From contig NC_043006.1 of assembly GCF_006345805.1 (NCBI RefSeq), forward strand, positions 79,732,001-79,796,000: 64,000 nucleotides of DNA. Reading direction: 5' to 3'. Of the stretch, positions 1-59,894 are shown piece after piece. A program made the position numbers and the translations under genes. How positions within the stretch are numbered: the stretch's first letter is position 1; the number at the start of each line of letters is the position of its first letter. The notes under the pieces were generated by a model. That model ran no database searches, was not told where the DNA came from, and saw only the letters and a program-made list of their open reading frames with translations. This DNA comes from Octopus sinensis (taxonomy: Eukaryota).

Positions 1-993
1 CTCAACAAAACATTTGGTGAGAAAATGACCAGTGGGTGGTCAGCTTGAAAATGGTTTAAACGATTTTGCAGTGGCGACCTGAGACTTGAAGATAGTGAGC
101 GTAGTGGACGCCCATCTGTCATTGATGATGGTCAATTAAAGACCATTGAGAAAGATCCATTTAAACCACTCAAAAACTGGCAAAAGAACAAGTTAGCCAA
201 ACTGCCTGCAACCATTTGCATGCAATTGGAAAGTCAAAAAAAGCTCGACAACATGATTTGAATGAAAATTAGAAAATGCACAGATATGAAATTTGCTTCT
301 TGCTTATTTCCCATAACCAGTCAGTCTATTTCTTGACAGTATTGTAACTTGTCATGAAAAGTGGGTTCTGTAAAATAATAAAAAATATTCTTAGCAGTCG
401 TTGAACCAGAGTGAAGCACTGAAAACCATCCCTAAATCCAAGCTCTTCAAAAGGAAGGTTATGGTGATTGTTTGGTGGTGTACTGCTGGACTCATCCACC
501 ATAACTTAAAAGTTGAAAGAAACCATTACTGCTGAAACATATTACCATGAAATTGCTAAAATGAACAAAAAAACTGCTACTCTTCCATCCCAAAACTGGT
601 CAACAGAAGAAGGCCAATCATTCTTCAATTCAATGCTTGACCGCACGTTTCACTATTGACACTCCAGAAGTTGAGGGATCTTGGCTAGAAAGTTCTTCCT
701 CACCCAGCTTATTCTGACGTTTCTCCTACTGACTACCAATTTTTCAAGTACCTTGATGTTTTACTAGGAGAGGAGTTCAGAAATCAAACTGATGCTAGAA
801 GTGTGTTCAGAGTTCATCAGCTCCAGAACTCCAGATTTTTATGTTACTGGAATAAACAAACTTGTAACTCGTTGGCAAAAATGTGTTGATTGTAATGGTA
901 CTCACTTTGATGAATAAAATTTCCGCATTGTTGAAATATATCGTGATGAATTTCTTGTTGCAAAACATTGCTTACTTTTTACTCAGCCTGATA
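1..993 (+). mobile_element. Degenerate mariner (DD34D-type) transposon, 5' end outside the window, in a DDX3 intron
   Basis: Manual translation gives WFKRFCSGDLRLEDSERSGRPS, IVTCHEKWVL, KVMVIVWW, LPHPAYS-DVSPTDYQFF and GINKLVTRWQKCVDCNGTHFDE*, with many stops and frameshifts. A mariner-like right end lies near 965-993. Confidence 0.88.
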
Positions 994-1137
994 GTTTAAT
1001 GCTAGAACCAATAGGGAAAGAACTGTTCTGCAGACTTGTTCTGTTGAGGTTTGAAGGATTTAAGAATACAATTCTCTGCTAGTTTATCATGTTTCTCTCA
1101 AGATATTTGCTTTTAAAATTGCATTTTAAACCATTAA

Positions 1138-13074
<11,937 letters not shown>

Positions 13075-16000
13075 ACCAACAGCTCTTAAAGCACAACTAA
13101 GAAACCAACCACATTTTGTAGCGGGACTTTAAATACAGGGTAAACACCAACGTAGAACCAGTGACCAGATAAATTCTGTAAGGAAACATTTGGCTGAAAA
13201 GAAGTTTGTTTTAAAAACAATCGATGAAAACACACAAAAAAAAAAGTTAAATTTTTAATAGGAAAAATTCTTTAAAGAAAAAAAATAGTTTCTTGAGAAT
13301 AACGAACAATATTTCTGTTGTTGGTCTTTTTGTGGGCCAAATTAAGCTTTTGTGTTGGTAGACATTTAGAAATTTTATGTATCTATGTTATCTGATGTGG
13401 CGTTTTATTTTTTTTCCTGTTTTTTTTCTCTCTCTCTCTCATCAACCATGTTGGGTCATAATCGAATCCTACATGGTTATGAATGTAGTGATGAAACTTT
13501 TAGCTGCAAATTTTGCACTCACTTGACTACTCACTAATCATTTTCTTGTCTGCCAGTGTCAGCTTATGTATGATTCTCCCATTGATTTTTTTTTTTTAAT
13601 TTCTTTTTTTATGATTGGATAAAAATCCCATTGTATGTTACTGGCTTCACCCTTTTCCCTTTCAGACTGTATTATATCTAATTTGTTTTTAGATGTTCTC
13701 TACTTATTTTTGGAATATTTTTTCTTTTGTCACCGTTTACTTTTTTTCATTGCAGAAGAAAGGTACATTTCCAGCTTTTTCATTCACTTTTTTCTTAAAG
13801 TTATTCAATACTGTTATGAATTATTAGATTCCTATTGTAAAAAAAAAAAAAAAAAAGCACATCTTGATTCACTGTTGTTTGTATTGGAGTATTTATCCTC
13901 CTTAGCATTGTGTGTGTATATATAAGTATATATACATATATGCTTTTTTTTTTTTATCCCCTTATCAAATCTTGTAAATTGGATAATTTCCAAAATTCTG
14001 AAATCAAGGAGAAAAAAAATAACCTTGAAAAGGAATTCTATTCTTTAAAAAAAAAAAATAATTCATTAAAAAAATCTTTAGATTCAATTTATAGTTTCTG
14101 CTGGTTCTACACCTTGTTTCCCAGAGAGTTAGCCAGACTACAATGGTTAAAAAATGGAAAAAATGAAAATAAACTGGTAAAAAAAAATGAAAAAAAAGAA
14201 AAAAAAAGAAACAAAGGTATATATGCCGTCCTGTCATATACTGCAAATCACATTTTGTTGAGGTGCAGTTTACAAGAAAGAAAACCCAATTCTTGAGTTA
14301 ACCCGCTAAGGTAAAAAAACAAAACAAAAACAAACAAACAAAATAAAACAATAACTGAAAATCTAAAGCAAAACAATTTTCTTCTGTCAAGGCTTTTCCC
14401 TTTCCTTTTCTTTGAAAACATTAAAATGGGGAACATGGATTGCTGAGCTGTTGGTGTGTCAACATTGTAGCATTGTTACAGGTAGCTAGCTCATTCTTGT
14501 ACGTCAGTTTGGCTACTCCTGAACTTACTTAAAATCATAATAAAAAAAAAAATCTAAAAAATAATACGTGTATGTTGAAATAATTGTTGCAGCAATCCTT
14601 TTTGCTGAAGTGTACAGATGGAATTTCAACACGCATTGTACAGTTGCATTGTGCCTGTTTGTAAGGCATGCTGTATTAAATTTGGAAGCCCTTAAGGCAT
14701 AAAAAAATTTTTTAATTCTATTTTTTTTATTCTGTCTGCACCTCTTTTCTACATGTTGCCATTGACAGTATCAAAACGTGTGCCTCTTTGATATCAAAAA
14801 AAAAAAAAAAAAGGTAATGCTTTTTAAAAATTTTTTTGATGATATCCAGATCTCTGGGTGAAGTTAAACTTTACCCAAATTTTAAAAATAATTGCATTTA
14901 CTGATGATATAGAATAGTTGAGGACTTTGGAAAGAAAACGAATATTTCCAAATTCCTTGAAATTTTTTTTTTCTGGTAAAGGAAGTAAGGTGATTATAAA
15001 AGTTTTTTTTTCTAAATCCTATTTGGTGTAGAACTTGTTCGTGGTGTTCTGATTACAGGGTGCATATACATTCCCCTGTAAACACTGACGGAAAAGCATA
15101 TCATAAATACGTAAACATATGAAAGAGAAAAAAGGCTTACTGAAATGAAGTCGTACTTTGAAGGACTTTGTTAAAGCTATCAGATGACAAGCTACAAGGA
15201 CACCAGCTAGTTTTTTTTTTTTCTCCCTTTGTTTTTGTTTTATATTACTGTACCACTGTTGCCGCCTCTTCCTCTTCCCGTTTTAACATGTCTCTAGTGG
15301 CTGATGTCGGTGGCTAAGCTTCCCGAGCCATTGTAAACATTTAAAGCCTTCATTGCTGGCAAGGCTGCAAAATGTCCCAGCAGCAACTGTTTTTTTACTT
15401 TCCCTTCAAATTTTCTGAGTAAAATTTGGTTGCTGCTGTGTTGGTAGTTGGCAGTTGCCTGCTGAATGTGCTAGGTTATTGCAGCTGTACTTGCCCACCC
15501 CCTCCTTCCAACTCCACTTCCACAGCTAACTGGTGTGATCCCAAATAAACAAGCAAATAAAAAGGTAAGTTTTGTGTCCCATTTGTAATGCTGCAGAGAG
15601 GCCCTAATGTGAGTTGTGGAGCTGTCTGAACGCACTAAGATAATTTCTAAATTATTAAAACAGGTGGTTTTCTTTTTTTTATTCTTTAAAAGAAAATGTA
15701 CATTCCATTAATTTTCTTACATTTTTCAATTCCAAACCAAGCAGTCATTATGTAAGTATTCCATTTGGCGCATACATTTATGTAAATTACAAATCCCGTA
15801 AACCTAGATTTTATTCTCCCCTTTGCCCCCCCAAAGAAACCATACAAAATTCCTCCTTACAAAATCTCCATTAAAATATTTCATTGAGGGACATTTACAA
15901 GTTACCAATAAGTTTAAATAATCATGGTCCACTTGTGTCTGCGGTGTGTGAGAGTTAAGTTGACTGTGTTGCTTAAGATCAGAATGAGTGTTATGGTGGT

Positions 16001-17225
16001 GTTATTTTTTCCATTCAAAACAAAAATAATCTTTTTTACATTGTTCAAATACTGTGTCTTTCATTTAGTTCTACTATCACTACAAAAGGAGTGAAAGATA
16101 TATTCTGAAAAAGAGAAAAAAAAAAAAAGAAAAATTCATTGACTTCCAAATACATGAGTGCTACAGAAAACAAAGCATTTTCCATTTTTCACTTTTTTTT
16201 TTTTTCATGTATCATTATCAGACCAGAGACAGTAAAAAGCGATTTATGCCTTCTTTGGACTTATGTAAATATGAAGAAAAAAAAATTTTATATGTAAAGT
16301 GCTGAAATTATTACAATAGCATTTAAATATAATGAAGATTATTTAATAAATAAAAAAAAAAGAAACTATTAAAAATGCTGTTTGAACGAATAGTAAATCA
16401 ACAAATAAAATTTAGTAGCTTTGAAAGTGCATCTCGCACAAGTGGGCCTTTTTTAAGATGGTCGGTAAACAATAGTTACAGTGGGTAGGTATTTGATATA
16501 TGTATATATAAATGTATATATGAAGTATGTATACGCTTTGCCCCCTTTCCCCAGACTTGAATTTTCCCTTTCCCCTAAATATATTGCCCCATTTTCCCAT
16601 AAATATTTTGTCCCTGTCCTTTCAGGACAAAAACCCAGTGATTTATTTTCAATTTCTTTTTTTTTTAAAGCCCACTAATGTTAAGGACAAGCTAGTCATA
16701 CTGCCCCCTGATTTTTGTAGGGCAGCTGTTATTTCTTGCAGTCCAGATCTCGAGAATCAGGGATTCTCTGCACTAAAGGAATGGGATTCATTCACACATT
16801 TATTTATTTCCATTTTTGCAGTACTCTGTATTTATTTTTTCAACTTCATGTGATATCAACACATGTTTAATTTTTTTTTTGATTATTGCGAGATTGTAAT
16901 TTTTTTATAAAAATGAGCAACCATGATTTTTTTTTTTTTTTTTTACTGTAAGACTTTTCGTTTTTTTAAATTTTTTTTTTTTTTAAATTTGGGAACGTGA
17001 GATCATTTTTATATAGGACGGCATGTAAATTTTGAATATCATTGAGAATACTATCAGCAAAGTCTGGCTGCAATTAACATGCTGTGATGTATTAAGCTGG
17101 TCTGTTAGGGCATGTGATATCACTGCTGGTTTACCGACCACCATTTACATCATAGTTCATTTAAGTGATAATGAACATGTGGTTGTACTTAATGAAAAAT
17201 AATAATAAAAAATATTGATCAGCCT
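13075..17225 (+). other. Probable long DDX3 3' UTR with alternative poly(A) signals
   Basis: About 4.1 kb with no recognisable SINE or TE, rich in U and A runs. AATAAA occurs at 15544, 15556, ~16346, ~16404 and 17204; the last is followed by a U-rich stretch. Confidence 0.6.
17204..17209 (+). terminator. Candidate distal polyadenylation signal of DDX3
   Basis: AATAAA followed ~20 nt later by gagtttttatttcatttcttc, at the end of the TE-free zone. Confidence 0.5.
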
Positions 17226-17888
17226 TTGAGTTTTTATTTCATTTCTTCATTGATGTTCATAAACAAATATGTAATCGACTCATCTTAAATGACTGGCATC
17301 CTTGTTGAAATCTGGACGTGTGCTCAAGTGCATAATTCATGACCAACTTCCTATTTGTATTCAGTTGGAGGTGAGATAAAGTGCTTAACTATACATTTCT
17401 CAGGTTATTTTGTTCTGAAGATTACTGTATCTGAGCTTCTTTCAATTTTTATTTAAAGAAAAATTTTTATTAAAGACTAGGGTTTGTCTTTGCCTTGTTG
17501 ATCCTGTGACCCAACTACTAGAAATAGTAACCAAATCATGTCCTGTAGATTAAACAAAAATCTTGGTTTAAAAAAAAAGAAAAAAAACTAAATTCAGTTG
17601 TGTATATGCAGTTTGCTCTATCCCAGCATCTGTTGCATATGTGAAGTGATTTCCACTTTTATAAATGAAGAGGTTGTAGAAGTCTTAATTGAAGAATGTC
17701 TTTACACTGCATATGGATGATTATGATGATAAAGCAGAATCCAGGGAAACTAACAATGTTCTCTGTTGGCAAATGCTGAGTTAAACTGGAATAAATCCCA
17801 GAATACTATGAAGAGAAGCCTTTTGGGCTAAATATTTTTAGTCAAATGAGCGACTAATAAACACTCCATCCCTCTGTGTGTATATATA

Positions 17889-20788
17889 ATAATAATAATA
17901 ATAATAATTGTGTACAGTGCTCAGGTGCACTACAACTCATCTAAAGTGTATATATAATCAGGTGTAGTTTCGACGGATTTCGGGAAGCATGAGGGCCTTA
18001 AAGGATGCAGTGTCATGGCAGTCAACAACTGATGCAGGCAGTTTATTCCACGCTTCAGCAACCCTGAGCGTGAAAAAATGTTTCTGAAAGTCATGGGAGC
18101 TGTGCTGTTTTCTGACTTTGTAGGCATGTCCACGTGTGTTAGACACAGGAGATCAAAAAGGTGTTCAGTGTTGTTGTTGGTGAGGTGGTTGATAACCTTG
18201 TGGGTGTTTACCAAGTCCGTCGCTAGATGCCGGAGCTTCAGTGAATCCATGCCCAGGGAAACAAGGCGCTCAGAATACGGTAGGTGTCTGATGGAGGGTA
18301 TGCGTTTGGTTGCACGTCTCTGGACAGATTCCAGGAGCTCAATGTTCTGAGCAAGATAGGGATTCCAAACTGATGATGCGAATTCCAAGTGTGGTCGTAC
18401 CATAGCTGTATACAGTCTTAAATAGATGGCTGGAGAGCGGCTAACAAAAGTCTTGCTGAGTGATGCCAAGACACCCTTGGCCTTCTTGACAATTTTAGAG
18501 ATATGCTTTGTCCAACGCAAATCACTGCTGACAGTGATGCCTAGGTCACGCTCGCAAGAGGATTTCTTGATATCAGTGTTGTGGAGGGAGTATGTGGACG
18601 CAGGGTTTTTTTTCCCAAAATGCATGGTGGTACACTTGTCCACAGCCAGTTTCAGTTGCCAGTCTGTGATCCATTGCTGCATTGTGTCTAGGTCTGATTG
18701 CAGGAAAGAGTTGTAGACATCAGGATCAGTCCTCTTGATTTCAAGGTACAGCTTGATGTCGTCTCCATATTTCAATACTGTGGCATTCTTTAAATTGGCA
18801 TCTATGTCATTAATGTATGCCACAAACAGGAGGGGACCAAGGACAGATCCCTGTGGTACACCCGATGACATCTCATATGGTGTAGAGTGCTGTCCTAGAA
18901 CTGTGACTACCTCCTTTCGGCTGAGGATGAAGGATTTCAACCAGTTAAAAAGGTCATCCACCACACCCATTGCAGAGAGTTTCACCATAAGCCTTTTGTG
19001 TGGCACAGAGTTGAAAGCCTTAGCAAAGTCAAGGTAGACAACATCCACCCATGAGCCACTGTCAGTGATCTGAGTAATGTCCTCAAGGAACTCGACAAGC
19101 TGGTCACTGCAGCTGGAGTTAGGGACAAATCCATATTGTGAGGGTCGGATGAGACTGTGAGAGCTCCAGAAGTTCCAGAGTGTTTCTCTGACACACGATT
19201 CCATCAGTTTTGCAATACAGCTAGTGAGACTGACTGGGCGATAGTTGACAGGTGATGTGCGGTCACCCTTTTTGAACAGAGGAATGACACTGGCAGTTTT
19301 CCACTGCTCCGGAGTAGCACCATTGTTGAGACAGTACTGGAAGAAAATAGAAAGCTGGTGTAAAAGGAAGTGCCTGCCACGTTTGAGAAGCAGGTATGTA
19401 ACTCCATCGAGACCAGGGGAGGCATAGTTGCGCTTATTTTGAAGGTGACATCGCAGCATTGCAGGTGTAAATTCCATAGTTGTTATGGAGTTTGCTGTTA
19501 GTGATGGTGAAGATGGTACATTTTGACTTTCGACAGTGAATATGTTTGCATAGCACTCGGCAATGAGTTCTGCGCATTCCTTGGGGTCGTCAGTGATCTG
19601 GTTCGTGTGAGGGTTGCGAAGAGGGCCCACTGGAGAGTGAGGTCTCTGCTTTGAATGCACATATTTCCAGAAAACCTTGCTGTCAGGATTGGCTGCTATG
19701 CACTGTTCAAATTCAAGCACTGCATTTTTTGTCACTTGCTTGAGATGGTTGGAGGATTTATTCCGCTTCTTCCTGTTGGTGTCTGATTTATGCAACTTGT
19801 ATTCCTGTTCAGCAGTCCGACGTTCCTTCCTGGCAAGTCGGACCGCTGAAGTTTCCCAAATTGCCCTTTTGGGGCGGTTCTTCTTTTTTGTTTACGTGGC
19901 ACTGATGCTGCACATGCTGCCCATATTGAGTCCAGGATACTCTGGAGTATAGTATTCACATCTCCAGAGTTGTAGAATTCACGCCAGTTTGGGTGCTGTA
20001 GTTCAGTGTGGTACAGGTTCCAATCTGCTCTCTTCCAATCGAAGGAAGCAGATTGGAGATGGTTCAGGTGTGTTGTTGCCCGCAAGAGCCAGATTGGCGA
20101 TGATCATAGCATGATCAGAGTCACCTAAAGGTTCCTCCGTAGTGCAATTGATAACCGCTTCAGGAGTTGTGGTGAAGAGCAGGTCCAAGGTGTTGTCGCC
20201 TCTTGTTGGAGAGGTGACTACTTGTGACCAGTTTGAGTCCAGCACAAGCTCAACAAGATCGTTTGCACTCTGTGGCCAACGGAAGGTTTCCCAATCGATC
20301 TCAGGATGATTGAAATCGCCTGCAATAAACACATAAGTGGCTGTTTTCCTGGCTGCAGCTCAGAGGATGTTGCAAAGCTGTGTGTCCTGATGGTAATTTG
20401 GGGGACGATAAACAACGCCAAGCAGGAGTGTTGACATGGTCATACGTCCGTCACAGAAAAAAACTTCTTCTTGTGATTCGTTCAAATCGGCACAAGGAAT
20501 TACCAAAAAATTTGAATGAACGTAGACCATCACACCACCACCACGGCGGTTAGTGCGGTCCTTACGGAAGAGGTTGTACCCCGTGATGTTGAAAACCCCA
20601 TCACAGAGTAAGGAATGCGCCCATGTTTCCGTGACAGTGATGAAGTCAGGGTCAACACTTCTGATGTAGGCGTTGAACAAATGTATTTTGTTGCATAAAC
20701 TGCGAGCATTTAAGGACAACAATTTGTACCCTGCTCGCAGTTTATGATGGTGTGTGGAGGATGGCAGATTGTCCTGGCTTAGTTTCCC
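17889..20788 (-). mobile_element. CR1-clade LINE, 5'-truncated, ORF2 (APE endonuclease plus reverse transcriptase) with several frameshifts
   Basis: EN motifs LNARSL, VTETW, YRPP, GDFN, LDLLF and SDH. RT motifs NYRPVSLTS, YLDFAKAFNSVPH, GVPQGSVLGPLLF, YGDD and LESVQRRATK. (ATT)n tail; TSD TGTATATATA at 17879-17888 and 20789-20798. Confidence 0.93.
17930..19795 (-). pseudogene. Reverse transcriptase domain ORF (621 aa) of the CR1-like LINE
   Basis: ORF track translation. The true C-terminus (TRGHAYK...FFTLRVAEAWNKLP) is in another frame (17958-18146), indicating a frameshift. Confidence 0.88.
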
Positions 20789-20950
20789 TGTATATATATA
20801 TATACATATATACATACACGTTTTTATGGAAGGTTGGAAATGGATGCTGTTTGCATGACTGACTCAACTATCACATGATGTCATGTCAAGGAGATAATTG
20901 CTTATACATACATAGGTGCAGGAGTGGCTGTGTGGTAAGAAGCTGGCTTC

Positions 20951-21807
20951 TGGTTCCGGTCGTTAGTGTTCTTCACTGTACCATTGAAGTCGCCTCGCTA
21001 GTGTGCAGCGGACGAAAATCGTATTTGAAAGACGCTCTACTGTAAGGTAAGACTTTTTGCTTCTTGAGTCCAGTGGAATTCGTTGTTTGTGAGATTTATT
21101 TTTTGTACAAGCAAGGAGTCCTCACTGGATTCTGAGCTTTTGGTCTGCCTGCAGTAGAGACGTGTTTTTCTCACTTAGGTGTGAGAACTGCTGTCTGGAG
21201 GCATGTTTCGCCTCCATATTAATTTAATTTGAGAATTGAATTATTCTCAGTTATTTGCGAGAACTGTTTGTCTGCCTGCGTGGAAGTTTTTTTGAAAAAT
21301 AATTTCAAGGAATTGGAGACTGTACAGTCCCTCCATGATATAGAGAAGGAATTTGTGGTCCTCTTCCATAAGGGAGGGACAGTGGAGCGCTTTGTTGGCA
21401 AGCTCAAAAGGAAAGGGTCCTGTCCTGCACAGAGGACCCTGACTGGCCTTCGCAGGTGGCTGCGAAGGTCATGAGGGAGAACAACCTGTTCAGGATAATA
21501 GATTCCTTCCCCAAGGATACCTATAGATTTATGTTAAATTGGCCCGACTTGGAGCTGTACAGGTGTTTTTCTGAGGCTTGGAGTCTTGTTGGGCAAGATT
21601 CTAATTTTGATACCTAAAAGGATTTGAGTAAGAGGTTCATTGCCTCGAAATGTGTTATAAAAGAACAATGTGCTCGGGTATACAGCAATCAGCGGGCGTT
21701 GTTGTTGCCCTCATTTTTCACCATTTCACTTGTCATATTATGTGTGTGTGTGTCCAGCCCGCAGCTTCCTTTCTGTGTAAGGCCCTTGTGGCCAATTAAA
21801 TGAAATA
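20951..21807 (+). mobile_element. Short internally deleted L1/Tx1-like retroelement inserted into a SINE
   Basis: 14-bp TSD AAGAAGCT(G/T)GCTTC at 20937-20950 and 21808-21821 splits a SINE head; 3' end ggcccttgtggccaattaaatgaaata. Confidence 0.6.
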
Positions 21808-22202
21808 AAGAAGCTTGCTTCCCAACTACATCATTCTGGGTTCACTCACCCAAGGTGCCACTGCATGGCACCTCGGGCAAGTGTCTTCTATAACTTCAGG
21901 TCAACCAGAGCCTTTAGTGGATTTGGTAGACAGAAACTGAAAGAAGCATGCCATGACAAGAATAACATGTATTCATATATATGTATATCACAGTATTGAC
22001 CAGACCATCTGATGTTATTGCTGGTCACAATATGCTTTGTATTGTTTTAGCCTTTGACACCACCCAGTTGGCTAGGAGCGAAGGCCAACATTCCACAAGC
22101 AGTCCGTGCCACCATACATTCCTTTGAATTCAAATGCCAGTGTCTGAGATTATCTTAACCATTTATCATTTTGTGGGTTTATGGTATTATGATAGCTAAT
22201 AT

Positions 22203-22431
22203 ATTTCTTTACTACCCACAAGGGGCTAAACACAGAGGGGACAAACAAGGACAGACAAAGGGATTAAGTCAATTACGACTCCAGTGCGTAACTGGTACTT
22301 AATTTATCGACCCCGAAAGGATGAAAGGCAAAGTCGACCTCGGCGGAATTTGAACTCTGAACATAACGACAGACGAAATACTGCTACGCATTTCGCCTGG
22401 CGTGCTAACGTTTCTGTCAGCTCGCCACCTT
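22203..22431 (-). mobile_element. SINE, family with core gttcaaattccgccgaggtcgactttgcctttcatcctttcggggtcga
   Basis: Near-identical to the copies at 37213-37632 (-), 40100-40710 (+) and 52870-53099 (+), and related to 56105-56575 (+). Confidence 0.8.
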
Positions 22432-23028
22432 TTTATGATATCTAATATACTAGTCAATTCCGTAAACTAAAACTTTTTCGGTTTACAAATTTGCTATTGT
22501 ATCCAATGAACCAAAATCAACATTTGGAAGGTCCACTAACATTTAGAATTATAGATAATCATGAGGTGGAGCATTTGTGTGTGTGTGAGTACTGCTAATG
22601 GTTGGTTCTTGTAAACAGGAATCTTGAAAGTAAATAAAAGCAGTAATTTTTGAAAGCTTTATTTCTAGAAACAAAAACGTCATTTGATACATTTAAATAT
22701 TTAATTTAGAATTTAGTAGATATGCTTTGTGCATAAAACAATTTTGAAGTACCAAATAGCGTTCACTTTGTGCATGCTCAGGCCAGCATCATGGATCGGA
22801 AAGCGTGAAATAACATCAGTCTGTTATCCAGTGGCACCCACAACACTGTATTGGTTGGGAGAACAGTCTCTGTGGTTGCGCGCTAGGGATTAAAGAAGTG
22901 TCCACACAGATGAAAATGTACAAAAGGTATCTATTTACCTATGAGGTGCCTGTGTACTTAGTTGAATGTGTAATATGTATTTCAGTTCAATATAGCATTT
23001 ATCTTTATTTCTATGGATGTTGAATGGA

Positions 23029-58621
<35,593 letters not shown>

Positions 58622-58961
58622 CTGCAAAAACGTTTGCATAAAGGATTGTTAAATACATAGATATACCTAATCATATAGATCCATCCATCCATCTGTCCAT
58701 CTATAAATATAAGTACTGGGTACTAAAGTATTAAGGTCGGTGTTCTTATACAAGTGTTTTTCACAGCACTGTGACAAAATAGTATAAAATAATATAATAA
58801 TACTAGCTGGCCTCGTGCCGTCAAAAATGACGGGTAAGTGTAGTATTTTATATATAAATAAGGCAGAAAACCAAGTATTTGGCCTAATAATTCTTTTATT
58901 TTGTTGTGTCTGGGGAGAGTCATTTTCTTTTTGTGTCTTATAATGTAAGACACTCACCGGT

Positions 58962-59885
58962 AAACGAGATCGAAAAAATGACTTAGCGGTTCGACAAACG
59001 AGATCGATAAAATGACGTAGCCGTTCGACCAACGAGATCGATAAAATGACGTAGCGTTTCGCCAAACGAGATCGATAAAATGACTTAGCGGTTCGACAAA
59101 CGATATCGATAAAATGACTTAGCGGTTCGCCAAACGATATCGATAAAATGACTTAGCGGTTCGACAAACGAGATCGATAAAACGATTTAGCGGTTCGCCA
59201 AACGATATCGATAAAATGACTTAGCGGTTCGACAAACGAGATCGATAAAATGACTTAGCGGTTCGCCAAACGAGATCGATAAAATGACGTAGCGGCTCGA
59301 CAAACGAGGTCGATAAAATGACAGCGTTTCGCCAAATAAGATCGATAAAATGAGATAGCGGTTCCCCAATCGAGATCGATAAAATGACTTAGCGGTTCGA
59401 CAAACGAGATCGATAAAATGACTTAGCGGTTCGACAAACGAGATCGATAAAATGACCTAGCGGTTCGACAAACGTGATCGATAAAATGAATTAGTGGTTC
59501 CCCAATCGAGATCGATAAAATGACTTAGCGGTTCGACAAACCAGATCGATAAAATGACATAAAATGACTTAACCGTTCGACAAACAAGATCGATAAAATG
59601 AATTAGCGGTTCGCCACACGAGATCGATAAAATAACCTAGCGGTTCGACAAAAAGGTCGATAAAATGACGTAGCGTTTCGCTAAACGAGATCGATAAAAC
59701 GACGTCGCCGTTCGCTAAAGGAGATCGATGAAATGACGTAGCGCTTCGACAAACGAGACGATAAAATGACGTAGCGGTTCGCGAAACGAGATCGATAAAA
59801 TGACGTCGCGGTTCGCCAAACGAGATCGATAAAATGACTTGGCGGTTCGCGAAACGAATTCGATAAAATGACCTAGCTGTTCGCC
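58962..59885. repeat. 34-bp minisatellite, ~27 copies
   Basis: Consensus AAACGAGATCGATAAAATGACTTAGCGGTTCGAC. Confidence 0.93.
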
Positions 59886-59894
59886 AAATGACCA

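Noticed and set aside
13635-14436. K/F-rich ORFs downstream of the DDX3 stop
   Set aside because: They arise from A and T homopolymer runs in the UTR and have no coding signature.
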